A DNA stretch of 64,000 bases from a virus, in IMG/VR virus record IMGVR_UViG_3300010397_000044, positions 14,735 to 78,734 of that record; one strand, given 5' to 3'. A program made the translations under genes and the position numbers. Below are positions 19,901-28,884 of the stretch, one piece after another (position 1 is the first letter of the stretch; each line of letters begins with the position of its first letter). The notes beneath the pieces were generated by a model, which saw nothing but the letters and a program-made list of their open reading frames with translations, ran no database searches and was not told the DNA's origin.

Positions 19901-20957
19901 GATGTATGCTTGGAAAAGAGAGCTTAGGTTTTTTCAAGAGCTAAAAACGGGCCATACAGGGATATATGCCAAATTTATAAAGGACAACAATGGTGACAAT
20001 ACTTTAATCACAACTGATTCGATTATATCAAAAAATAATGTTGAGTATTTTGAAGGTCAATTTGGTATAGGTAACCAGCCTTGTAGCCTTGTGTGTTCTG
20101 GATATCAAAACTATTTCCCAGACCCAATTAAAGGTCGAATATTACGTGTATCACTGGATGGAGTTAAAGATATAAGCGAGGAGTTTCGGTTGCTATCTTT
20201 TACAGGGCCAAACCTGCCTAATTACCTTAACCCATATAACTACCAGTTTGCAGGAACTTCCTGTATAGTTGGAGCTTATGTATTTAATGAGGATAAAGAA
20301 GGGGAAGTGGTTTTTGGATTTCAGGGAGGCGTTAACCAAAGACTGGATTTTGTAGGCCCAGGCAGCAGCACTTTAACCTTTCCGGCTCACTTATTTTTCG
20401 GCACATCTTCTATATCCGGAACATCATTATCATTCAATGAAAAAAATAATTCATTTCAATCTTTCTATGATTTTGTCCCTGATGAATTAGTTTGTGCGGG
20501 AAATCAACTATACTCCTTCTATAATGGTGTAATGTACCGACATGACAATACAAGCCAATATTGCAATTTCTATGGGACTCAGTATTATCCTTCCATTAAA
20601 ATGATCTTTAATGACCAGATGCCGATAAAGAAGACTTTCGAAACGATAGCCTATAAGGGTAACCAATTTTGGGAAGCTTTTAATGTTGGAGATATAGTGA
20701 CCAGCCAGCCCAACCCCCAAACTGGTTTGCCACAAATCAGCCAACTATTGTCCGTGGATACTGAAATAAACGAAGGCGACTATTTTGCGGCCCTTAATAG
20801 GGACGCTAATAGTATGTCTAATCCGGCTATTGCCATAAACGAAGGCGACTATCTTAAAGGCTCTTGGATTTCGGTTAAATTGACATATAGAGGCAGCCAA
20901 TTCGCTTGGATTTATTTACCTTTAATAAAGAACAATCTTTCGCCTAAAACACCATAA
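16938..20957 (+). CDS. tail muzzle / stabilisation protein (P22 gp10-like nozzle)
   Basis: FIGGMDQDS..IPKG..REARN N-terminus; beta-propeller-like composition; C-terminal EGDYLKG. Confidence 0.7.
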   Translation: MIDIKQFIGGMDQDSPNEDIPKGLVREARNIFWRGLPPNMRAEGMPGTNIISNPYLPVTGSNVAIKGYYDAVNNRIFQFNYNTAGFHGIYIFYTLLDSWQRLMEEGINADSGVLGFNNTIRIHSVDIIYGDDDSGDLLFYVDAQKRPRKLNINRILAGTYPTVKDSYIKVIKAPPIPPPYCVYENDANVTSNNLVNKLFNFSCSHIYDDFEESVLGSGARQPLPPDPFDPTNNSPQTRCARISIYVPTGDANVKKIRIYGKQVKDGTTSDWFVIDTLIKSDLGIGDNTVYRYWFYNNARYVPAAASIYANNNPVDGQLDYDYVPLKANTQSLLNGDVVAYGGLTEGYDYLNPSFGITTSNIVAPQFSANGLLFFAAPNGQFTSGQPQITMYLVGAGINNGSGEVTDLEKAPANLNVHAKSNGTSINFTYNNPGGNRNIPTLLFNLRGAAQSAGWIFVSNTVNTLTMYYPTGNIVLQSSYYQGISANVSPYAAPVSTHFPEANYAYGVLYRDIDGRTNGVISNVTGNVRTQLRGSAGQIPYFQIGLGGFTPPLWAAYYEIVRTDNLTYDYRLDWVSASAFSGLGSFNNLQYAYIGVNNIADYNSQIKASEGVVSYGFKQGDRIRITGRYTASGSFVSLNYDYAVLGTQTQIVVNGETKTGLFVQINYPAGDISGDPNLKFDGTDDFQNYQIMLYNYKAYSSDSQNVYWQIGQQYGIGNPATLSAYHMGNAGDNQVNLTDGDVFYRVRNVPIINSYRVPCGAYTQGTTYGTEWVAPNLEGFLFADNAIWRIRGGVNRNGGLLPAQTPFYSDADQTVWNKSGTPFSVRLRQTVFITDVNDPNGQWAMYVKIVDSGGAVTTYNILPLKSGLAENIQNEYSFDFTFSLPGNSKLWIMGYAVNQMLVGLGELQIDIIRTRTINVFDFSFSDIFDLKTNSDNKPNVIQTYSRQTFYGTKYRWGQVYQLGTSINNSNRFFPLDFDEIDKSAGQIQRMYAWKRELRFFQELKTGHTGIYAKFIKDNNGDNTLITTDSIISKNNVEYFEGQFGIGNQPCSLVCSGYQNYFPDPIKGRILRVSLDGVKDISEEFRLLSFTGPNLPNYLNPYNYQFAGTSCIVGAYVFNEDKEGEVVFGFQGGVNQRLDFVGPGSSTLTFPAHLFFGTSSISGTSLSFNEKNNSFQSFYDFVPDELVCAGNQLYSFYNGVMYRHDNTSQYCNFYGTQYYPSIKMIFNDQMPIKKTFETIAYKGNQFWEAFNVGDIVTSQPNPQTGLPQISQLLSVDTEINEGDYFAALNRDANSMSNPAIAINEGDYLKGSWISVKLTYRGSQFAWIYLPLIKNNLSPKTP

Positions 20958-20959
20958 TT

Positions 20960-21709
20960 ATGTTTGGAGAAATAAGAAAATTCTATGATTTGGGGGATGG
21001 CCTAAGTGGTCTTTTGGGAGGTGCGGGTGCTGGCTCTGCGTTGGGGCCGTTAGGCGCTGTTGCTGGGGGATTGATCGGTGGAATTACTGGACTATTCCAG
21101 AAAAAGAAAGGCAATAAGCTATTAGATCAAAATGTACGGCCAAATCAAACCCTCCCAGCCGAATTGTTGGCTAACCAAGAGGATGCTAAGCAAATGGCCA
21201 ATGAAGGACTCCCATCCCAGCAATATGATAATGCAAATAAAAACATACAAAGGCAGCAAGTAGCAGCAATAGGAAATGCTCAGGATAGGCGGCTAGGCGG
21301 AGCATTGGTGGGGGGCATACAGCAAAGAACTAATGATGCTACGGCTAACTTAGATGCAGCAGACGCAGACAACAGAAAGCAAGGGAGAATTAATTTGCAG
21401 AACGTGAATAATCAAGTGGCCAGCTGGCGTGATAAACTCTTTGACTGGAATCAAAAGCAGAAATATATAGAAAGGCAGAACTACGGGATGAGTTTATTGG
21501 GGGCTGGGAATGCCAACTTTTATGGTGGATTGGATAAGGTAACGAGTGGGTTGTTAGGAGGATTGAACTATCTTAATGTGGGACGACAAGGACAACCTCA
21601 ATCTCCTTATCAGAGTGAGGGTACTGGATTAGCGACTACCTCTGCTGGATATGTTCCCGGCAGTAACACAGATGTAGTGCTAGACCCAAATGCATATTCA
21701 AGATTTTAA
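20960..21709 (+). CDS. putative DNA ejection (internal virion) protein
   Basis: Gly/Ala-rich hydrophobic N-terminal segment followed by Q/N-rich coiled coil. Confidence 0.55.
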   Translation: MFGEIRKFYDLGDGLSGLLGGAGAGSALGPLGAVAGGLIGGITGLFQKKKGNKLLDQNVRPNQTLPAELLANQEDAKQMANEGLPSQQYDNANKNIQRQQVAAIGNAQDRRLGGALVGGIQQRTNDATANLDAADADNRKQGRINLQNVNNQVASWRDKLFDWNQKQKYIERQNYGMSLLGAGNANFYGGLDKVTSGLLGGLNYLNVGRQGQPQSPYQSEGTGLATTSAGYVPGSNTDVVLDPNAYSRF

Positions 21710-21718
21710 AAATAAACA

Positions 21719-23209
21719 ATGGCAGAAGTAGGAGAAATTCCGGGTGGCGGAAGGCCTTGGGGAGACGCTTTCTTAGTTCAGACACCGGCCTTGGACAGGT
21801 TCGCTGAACGCCAGCAGCAGCAGATGCAGCAACTAAATATGCAGCGTCAGCAAAGCGCTGTCCGGGAATCTCAGCAATTGGATGGATTGATGAATAAAGA
21901 ATTGGCTAAAGTTAGAAGTGTTGATATCCCTTCTGTCTTTGATGCTTATGGCAAATATAAAAGTCTTAAGCAAGCAACTTTATTTGACAAGAGATTAACG
22001 TCCAATCCACGAGAATTAGCCAAGGCTCAAATGCAGGCTAATGCAGCCATGGGAGATTTGCAAGCACTTATAAATAAAAGCACTCAATTGAATGATTTTC
22101 AAAAACAACTAGTTGGAGAAAGAAAAACTAAGTTTAATCTTTTTGCCGATGATTTTGGAGATAAAGTAAATACATTGAACAATACCCCTATTGACAAACT
22201 AGGAGAAGATTACACTAATCCAGATTTTTATAGATACAAAGGAGCCAATACAGACTTCGGTAAAATGGAATTGACCGCAGCAGGTCAGCCTAAACCAACA
22301 TTCGAAAAGGTAGAGCGGATAAATAACCTTCAAACCAGAAGAACACCTATTTTATTTGGGAATACACCTACGCAGTTTTTTGAGACGTTCAAGGGGAATT
22401 TGTCACAAAGAATACCCAACAGAGACGCAGCAGCAGCATGGGAGAATATACCAGATGAACAAAAGATAGCAGTAGATAAACAATTCGCCGCTATTTCGCC
22501 AGATAAATGGAAGCAATGGGGATTGGAAGATGCTCCAAATATACAAGCATCCAATCCAAATGACCCCGCTGAAAACTATGCAGCCTATCGGGCCAAATTG
22601 TACGCCATCAATGCTACCCCAAAACAAGGTAGATATAGGGACGAAACGGATCAGCAGGCTAAGTTAAATATGCAGTTTAATCAAAAATCTGCATTGGAAG
22701 CTATTAGGCAAAATAACAGGGTAGCACTCAAGCAGCTTAGTCACACGTTTAAACAAATGGATCAGGAGCAACAAGGCTCTAAACTAGATGAATTAGTTTC
22801 GGGTATGGTAGAGGATGCCAGAAAGTCTACTACAAAGGCATTTTATAAAACAGAGGATGGTAAAGTAGAAAGACGGCATATTATTAAATTAAGTCCTCTC
22901 CTTAAGAATCAATTCAAATTTAAAGATGATAAAGGGCATGATATTTATCCGGATCAGCTTCAAATGAATGAGGACGGCACCGAGTTTACGCCAGTATTCT
23001 ACAATAGCGAAGGAAAAGAAATGAGAGGAGTAAATAAAAATCTAAGTCAGGCTATGACTGGACCGGAATTTAAAGCTATTATAGGTAAAGCTTTATTGGG
23101 AGTAAAAGAGGCAAGTAAAGGCGGTGTTAATATAGACAATAGCGATGATGATGAGCCATCTAAGTCAGCGGCTCCCACTCAAACTAAAAAGAAAATAGCA
23201 GGATGGTAG
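21719..23209 (+). CDS. putative ejection/cargo protein
   Basis: Q-rich helical protein between the muzzle and the giant cargo gene. Confidence 0.5.
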   Translation: MAEVGEIPGGGRPWGDAFLVQTPALDRFAERQQQQMQQLNMQRQQSAVRESQQLDGLMNKELAKVRSVDIPSVFDAYGKYKSLKQATLFDKRLTSNPRELAKAQMQANAAMGDLQALINKSTQLNDFQKQLVGERKTKFNLFADDFGDKVNTLNNTPIDKLGEDYTNPDFYRYKGANTDFGKMELTAAGQPKPTFEKVERINNLQTRRTPILFGNTPTQFFETFKGNLSQRIPNRDAAAAWENIPDEQKIAVDKQFAAISPDKWKQWGLEDAPNIQASNPNDPAENYAAYRAKLYAINATPKQGRYRDETDQQAKLNMQFNQKSALEAIRQNNRVALKQLSHTFKQMDQEQQGSKLDELVSGMVEDARKSTTKAFYKTEDGKVERRHIIKLSPLLKNQFKFKDDKGHDIYPDQLQMNEDGTEFTPVFYNSEGKEMRGVNKNLSQAMTGPEFKAIIGKALLGVKEASKGGVNIDNSDDDEPSKSAAPTQTKKKIAGW

Positions 23210-26200
23210 AGGAAGATGTTATAGAAGCTCCGCCTATAGGGGACGAACAAGCCCCACCAACCCCGCCACAAGATGCGGATGAAAAGTTACGTGCATTACA
23301 TTCGGCTGTTTCGCATGATTATGATATTGGCGACTTTGATACTTTCAAGAAAAAACTACAAGACGCTTCCAAAAGAAAGGCTTTCTATGACGGTATTGGT
23401 AATGAATATCAATTAGGTAGCTATGATGATTTTGAGAAGAAAATAGGATTCGTAACACCGCCAGAACATCACGTTCAACATAGTTCATTGCAGGATATAC
23501 GGCATTTGAACGATATAGCAACCGCTCCAATAGATCTTCCGCAAGGAACGGCTGCGCCTATAAATACAGACGAACTATATGCTACCAAAAAGAAAGAAAA
23601 AGATGCATTCGCCAGTCAATTAAATGCACAATCCAAGATGCTTGGCGATCAATGGGGCATTGATCCTAAAATAGCCAAACAAGCTGTAATTGACTTCCCA
23701 GATGAGAACGATGAGGAAAAGGTAAAGGGGTTTGCTCAATTGTATAAAGACAATCCGATTTATTATAGGAGATTAAAGGATGAAAATGATATCAGAACTG
23801 CTATAGCAAAAAGCCCAACCGGAGGGATCAACGACGCTAATATCTACAATCATTTGCAAGATGCGCAGAACTACGATCAATTGCAGCACAATATCGGCAT
23901 TCAGCAAGAACTAATGACTAAAAGTGGTCTAGGTCAGGAGTATTGGGAAAAGATGAAGCAAGCCAAGGCTCCATTGATAAATACGCTTGATCCGGGTCTC
24001 CTTCATCAATATTGGAATAGCCAAGATCATAAATTAGGGTTAACCGACTTTCAGTATGCCGGGCTTGAGACACTAAAAATGTTTCAGCCGGAGTTATATA
24101 AGCAATACAAGTCCATCATAATGGAGAATAAGGGATTGGATGAAGGCGGTAATCCAAGGCCGGAAGGACAAGGTAAAAAAGGGTATGAATATGATAGAGG
24201 GGTAGAAAATGTACTATACAGCATTGAAAGACAAGGGAGACAGAATACGGCTCAATATATATCCCAGCATCAAGTTGAGTTAGGGAAGCAATTGGAGAAG
24301 GTCAAAAATGATTATCAAACTAGGATAAATAATAGCAAAGACCCAGAAGAGCAAAAGGCATTAGTGGAAGAGTTTAAAGCCAATCCCCTTATAGCAGAAG
24401 CCGGTAAATTAGAAGAGGGCCAACAGGCAATAGACTACGCCCAAAGTGAAGATCAAAGGCGGTTCCCTTTGAATTATTCCGACATGTCCACTAAGTTGGT
24501 AAAGGATGCCATGGATGGCACAACCGGGTTGATAGGGAACACCGGAAAGTTCTTTGAGGGTGTCCTGACGGGAGCTGGCCAAGCTTCGGATAATACCATT
24601 CGGTTTATAAAAAACACGTTTGTTAATATATTGGGTTCGGAAAGTTCAAAAGCCGCCCAACATGCGAAGGATATAGGTCACCAATCTTTAACAGAATTAG
24701 CCAATTACGAGCCATCTTCTTATACAGGAACTCAAAGCCCCTTGCTGATACCCGATGACCTCAAGAAGTCGGTACAGACCATAATGGATGATAGCTCTTT
24801 GTCAAATGCAGAGAAGGAGCAAAATGCCATATCATTAGTCCGGGATAACTTTGATAACATAAAAATCAATCCTAAGGCTGGTCAGCAAAACTTGACCGGG
24901 AAAGCGGCTTTATTCACTGCTGCGAACACTTTGGGTCAGATCATAGGCATAGCCGATCAGTCGTTATTGATGGGGGGATTATTGGGTAATGTAACGAAGG
25001 TTCAACAATTGACGAATGCCTTAGTTCCTATGTATGCTTCAACGCAAAATCAACTATACGAACAGGCATTGGCTAGGGGGGATGAGAAACCGTTGCTAAA
25101 ATCCAGTATTGACGCGGCAATTATCTCCCTAGCCTCACTTATCAATCCGGACTATAAAGTAATAAAAGGAATGGTAGGGGCGGAAACCGGTTTGGGTAAA
25201 GTTATCGCTGGTGTAGATGAGGCTACTTGGAATAAAGTGTTGTCCGAAAATTCCCCCATCGTAAGCAAGTTGATGGCCGGGACTAAGGCAACCGCGCGTC
25301 AGTTAGGACTTGCCAATCTACAATATGGTCTTATTGTGCCAACCGCCCAATACGTTGTCCATAAGAACGTCTTAAACGAAAACGCTAATTTGGGCGACAT
25401 GATATTGGACGGCATGAAACAAGCTACGATATCAATGGCTATCCCAGCGTTAGCGCATGGTATTTGGGGGGGCATCAGAGCTAATCAAGTTAATCCACAG
25501 CAGAAATATGCCTTAGTCGAAGCCGGATTGCATCCACAAGAAAATATTGACCTTATTAATGGCCAGATTGAGCGTGGTCAAATCATGCCATCCGAAGCCG
25601 ATAAAATAAAGGAAACCATAAAGCAGACAGGAGAAATCCTTAAAAATGGCGAGTTTATAAAGACGGACGGCACTCCTATGAATGAAAATGAGGTAGCGGA
25701 TGTAGTTTATAACCAGCTTCGTAAAAGAGCCTTAGATGGTAAGCTACGCAATGCGGCAGACCCCAATAAGCCCCTAATTGAAGCCAAAATACATGAGATA
25801 AATCAGGATATATCTGACCTGCATACCTCCGACGAACAAAAGCATAAGACGGAACTAAATAAGTTGCTGACCGACAATTTGGATAGGATCAAAAAGAACA
25901 TGCCTGCATTCGAAGGACCTATTAGAGATGCTATTGCAGAGAATCGGCCAGAAGAAGTCATGCAGATGATAGCCGATCAAGCAACCGAAACGACCAAAGT
26001 TGATGGAAAGGAAGTTAGTTCAAGATCGGCCACAGAAGAAATATTCGGGAAAGAATTGGTTGCGAAGGCTATTGAAATATCAAAGAAAAAGCCTGAAAAA
26101 CCAGCGAATATAGAGCCGGAGGCGAAACCGGCTTCTATATCCGTTATCCGTCCCGAACAAATCAATAAACCTGAAACAATAACCATAAAACCACAAGAAG

Positions 26201-28884
26201 ATGCCCTACAAATCAATGGCCCAAGCGGCCTACTTCAATATCCACAAGAAGGAATTGGAGGCGAAGGGAGTGGACGTGGAGGAGTGGAACCAAGCCAGCA
26301 AGGGGAAATCCCTACCGGAGAAGGTGGACAACAAGGACCACAAGCAGAAGGTGGCAGCAATGTTAGCAGCCAAGAAACGCCAATCGGGCCTCCTGGGAAA
26401 GAAGTAGCAAACGATGAGCTCCCTTTTGGTCATTTGCCAGTCGGTATTTCCCATGAACGGTTTTCCGATAGGGCGAATGCCGAATTAGGGCTTGCCCCTC
26501 CTGAACGCGGTGAAGGGGTAACCTTAGAGCAGGCTATTAACAAGGGAAGAGAATTGATAAAAGAAGGGGTAAATCCGGATGATGTAGTGGCGCAATTCAA
26601 AAAGGATGGGCGGATTGATTCGTCTGCCATGAGCGTAGTACGGGCTAAATACGAGCAATTGGTAAAAGAAACCAATTATGCAGAGGATAGATATGGGAAA
26701 GATAGTCCAGAATACAAAGACGCAGTAAACGAAGAATTGAAATGGAGGGATGAGGTCATTAAACCTATGCAGACTGAATGGCATAAAATAGGCATGACCC
26801 AACAAGGCGTATCCGATTTGGATGCCGGAACGATCACGGGGATTCGTCGTGCCGTAAAAGAGGTATCGGGTAAAGAGTTAACCCCCGAACAGGAAAAGAA
26901 GGCTAAGGAACTATCCGACAAGGTTAAATCCCTCACAGACAGAGACAAGCAATTGCAAGCCAAAATAGACAAACTATTGTCGGAAAATGAGAAGCTAAAA
27001 GACGATAAGACTATAAAAGAAAAAGCTAAAAGTTTAGCAGATAAAATACGCAAAGGGAAGACCAATCGCCCGGATTCTTTTTCGGCTGCTACGCCAGCGT
27101 CATTAATTTGGGATGCGGCGGTAGAAATAGTCGCAAGTACGGTAGAGGCAGGCGGCACGTTGGCGCAAGCTGTAGCCGATGGAGTAGCTCATATTAAAGA
27201 ATCCGAATGGTATAAAGGACTGAATGATGAAGAAAAGAAGGTGGCCGAAAGTGAATTTACGGATGCCCATTTGGATGTTGAGCGACCAGAAAAGAATATG
27301 GCAGAAAGATTTGTGGCTAAAAAGGACAACAAATTTACTGCTGATGAAGCCAAAGATATATGGAGTTACATCAAAGACAATTATTTGGATAAGGGAACAG
27401 AAATCCCAGATGCTATAAAAAATACGGCTAATGATTTGGGCCTTAGCGCAGAACAAGTGATCCATGCAATGAGCACTCCTAAAGGCGCAAGAGAGATTAC
27501 AACCGAAATGTTCAAAACGCAATACGAAAGGAGGAAGGCTATAAATTCAGCAAAATATTTTGTAGCCAATGCTGATAAATCTGCGGTGTCGAAAGCCTTG
27601 AACAAACTGCCGTCCATCTTCTTTAACCTGAAAACATGGGGCCACGGTACGGTAGGTAACATTACCCATGCCGGGCCTAATATCTTCCGCCCATCCACTT
27701 GGAAAGCATATTGGCCTAATGTAATGAAGTCGTTTGGTTTGGCATATGGGTCAACAGCCAATTATGAGAAAGCTATAACTATTTTAAAGGCAAGCCCAAA
27801 TTTTACTGAGTGGTTGCAAGCTGGATTAGCCGCTGATCCGCAGAAGACATATGATGAATATCAATTATTAGGCAAGCCAAAGAAGGACACAAAAACCGGG
27901 CAAGCTATCCAGTGGATGAACGAAACCGGTACCCGTGGTTTTGCTGGCCTCAATTTCATGCGGTACGACATGGCCCAAATGCTATATAATAAGGCTTCGG
28001 ATGCCGCAAAAGCTGATCCTGAATTTAGGCAATATGTCGCCGAATTGGTTAACCATGCAACCGGGCATAGCGAATGGTCACACAAAGTACCCAAAGCCAT
28101 AAAGGTCATAACCTTTGCACCGGGGTTGGAGTTGTCAAGATGGCAGCGTATGATAACCGACCCGGTAAAAGCAGGGAAAACGTTCCTTTCGTGGGATAAG
28201 TCTACAGATGCAGAAAAGGCAGCGGCTAAAATTGTGGCAGCTTCTGCCGGGGAAAAAATAGCAGTATATGGGACTCTTCTGGCTGCCAATGCTGGACTAT
28301 TGGCGGCAACTGGTTCAAAACAAAGCGTCAACGTATCCGATCCTACCAAAAGTGATTGGATGCGTTTCAAATTTGCCAATAAAACGTTAGACGTGAGCGG
28401 AAACGTATTATCGCCATATAGATTATTGGCTGTATTGGTGGGGCAGGCTTATTTAGCGAACACAGCAGACGCTAAAGATATTAAGGGAAAACCGGGCGAT
28501 AAAGACGCCAATACTTTAACGCAACAAGCTAGATATAAGCTTTCCCCTATAGCTGGTACAGTGACCGATATTGGAACCGGAACAGATGCAATGGGTAACG
28601 TGCTGCCATGGTCAAATGTAAAACCGTCTGCTGGACGGCATAAGTTGACATGGAAGGAATTAATAGCTAAGGAAGCTCTTCCTATTCCTGTTGCGGCTGG
28701 TTTAGAAGCATACTGGCATTCAATGGAAGAAAATGGTATGTCGGAAAGTCAAATCAGTTCAATCATGAATGGATTATTATTGTTTGGGGTGGAAGGATTG
28801 ACTGGGGCTAAATTACAGCCAGATTATTCATTGGATAAGGACAAAGAAAAATCAAAAGCAAGAACAACTTCAAGAGCTAAATGA
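23203..28884 (+). CDS. giant internal virion / DNA ejection protein (1893 aa)
   Basis: Size and position; repeated D(I/L)G(D/S)(F/Y)DxF N-terminal motif; largely helical. Confidence 0.6.
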   Translation: MVEEDVIEAPPIGDEQAPPTPPQDADEKLRALHSAVSHDYDIGDFDTFKKKLQDASKRKAFYDGIGNEYQLGSYDDFEKKIGFVTPPEHHVQHSSLQDIRHLNDIATAPIDLPQGTAAPINTDELYATKKKEKDAFASQLNAQSKMLGDQWGIDPKIAKQAVIDFPDENDEEKVKGFAQLYKDNPIYYRRLKDENDIRTAIAKSPTGGINDANIYNHLQDAQNYDQLQHNIGIQQELMTKSGLGQEYWEKMKQAKAPLINTLDPGLLHQYWNSQDHKLGLTDFQYAGLETLKMFQPELYKQYKSIIMENKGLDEGGNPRPEGQGKKGYEYDRGVENVLYSIERQGRQNTAQYISQHQVELGKQLEKVKNDYQTRINNSKDPEEQKALVEEFKANPLIAEAGKLEEGQQAIDYAQSEDQRRFPLNYSDMSTKLVKDAMDGTTGLIGNTGKFFEGVLTGAGQASDNTIRFIKNTFVNILGSESSKAAQHAKDIGHQSLTELANYEPSSYTGTQSPLLIPDDLKKSVQTIMDDSSLSNAEKEQNAISLVRDNFDNIKINPKAGQQNLTGKAALFTAANTLGQIIGIADQSLLMGGLLGNVTKVQQLTNALVPMYASTQNQLYEQALARGDEKPLLKSSIDAAIISLASLINPDYKVIKGMVGAETGLGKVIAGVDEATWNKVLSENSPIVSKLMAGTKATARQLGLANLQYGLIVPTAQYVVHKNVLNENANLGDMILDGMKQATISMAIPALAHGIWGGIRANQVNPQQKYALVEAGLHPQENIDLINGQIERGQIMPSEADKIKETIKQTGEILKNGEFIKTDGTPMNENEVADVVYNQLRKRALDGKLRNAADPNKPLIEAKIHEINQDISDLHTSDEQKHKTELNKLLTDNLDRIKKNMPAFEGPIRDAIAENRPEEVMQMIADQATETTKVDGKEVSSRSATEEIFGKELVAKAIEISKKKPEKPANIEPEAKPASISVIRPEQINKPETITIKPQEDALQINGPSGLLQYPQEGIGGEGSGRGGVEPSQQGEIPTGEGGQQGPQAEGGSNVSSQETPIGPPGKEVANDELPFGHLPVGISHERFSDRANAELGLAPPERGEGVTLEQAINKGRELIKEGVNPDDVVAQFKKDGRIDSSAMSVVRAKYEQLVKETNYAEDRYGKDSPEYKDAVNEELKWRDEVIKPMQTEWHKIGMTQQGVSDLDAGTITGIRRAVKEVSGKELTPEQEKKAKELSDKVKSLTDRDKQLQAKIDKLLSENEKLKDDKTIKEKAKSLADKIRKGKTNRPDSFSAATPASLIWDAAVEIVASTVEAGGTLAQAVADGVAHIKESEWYKGLNDEEKKVAESEFTDAHLDVERPEKNMAERFVAKKDNKFTADEAKDIWSYIKDNYLDKGTEIPDAIKNTANDLGLSAEQVIHAMSTPKGAREITTEMFKTQYERRKAINSAKYFVANADKSAVSKALNKLPSIFFNLKTWGHGTVGNITHAGPNIFRPSTWKAYWPNVMKSFGLAYGSTANYEKAITILKASPNFTEWLQAGLAADPQKTYDEYQLLGKPKKDTKTGQAIQWMNETGTRGFAGLNFMRYDMAQMLYNKASDAAKADPEFRQYVAELVNHATGHSEWSHKVPKAIKVITFAPGLELSRWQRMITDPVKAGKTFLSWDKSTDAEKAAAKIVAASAGEKIAVYGTLLAANAGLLAATGSKQSVNVSDPTKSDWMRFKFANKTLDVSGNVLSPYRLLAVLVGQAYLANTADAKDIKGKPGDKDANTLTQQARYKLSPIAGTVTDIGTGTDAMGNVLPWSNVKPSAGRHKLTWKELIAKEALPIPVAAGLEAYWHSMEENGMSESQISSIMNGLLLFGVEGLTGAKLQPDYSLDKDKEKSKARTTSRAK
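26201..26407 (+). CDS. small basic protein nested out of frame in the giant gene
   Basis: MPYKSMAQAAYF...GVDVEEWNQASKGKSLPEKV resembles a recurrent MPFKSxAQ small phage protein family; A-rich leader. Confidence 0.6.
   Translation: MPYKSMAQAAYFNIHKKELEAKGVDVEEWNQASKGKSLPEKVDNKDHKQKVAAMLAAKKRQSGLLGKK

Noticed and set aside
23203-28884. Virion RNA polymerase as in crAssphages
   Set aside because: No DxDxD catalytic motif seen; host-type promoters are present throughout
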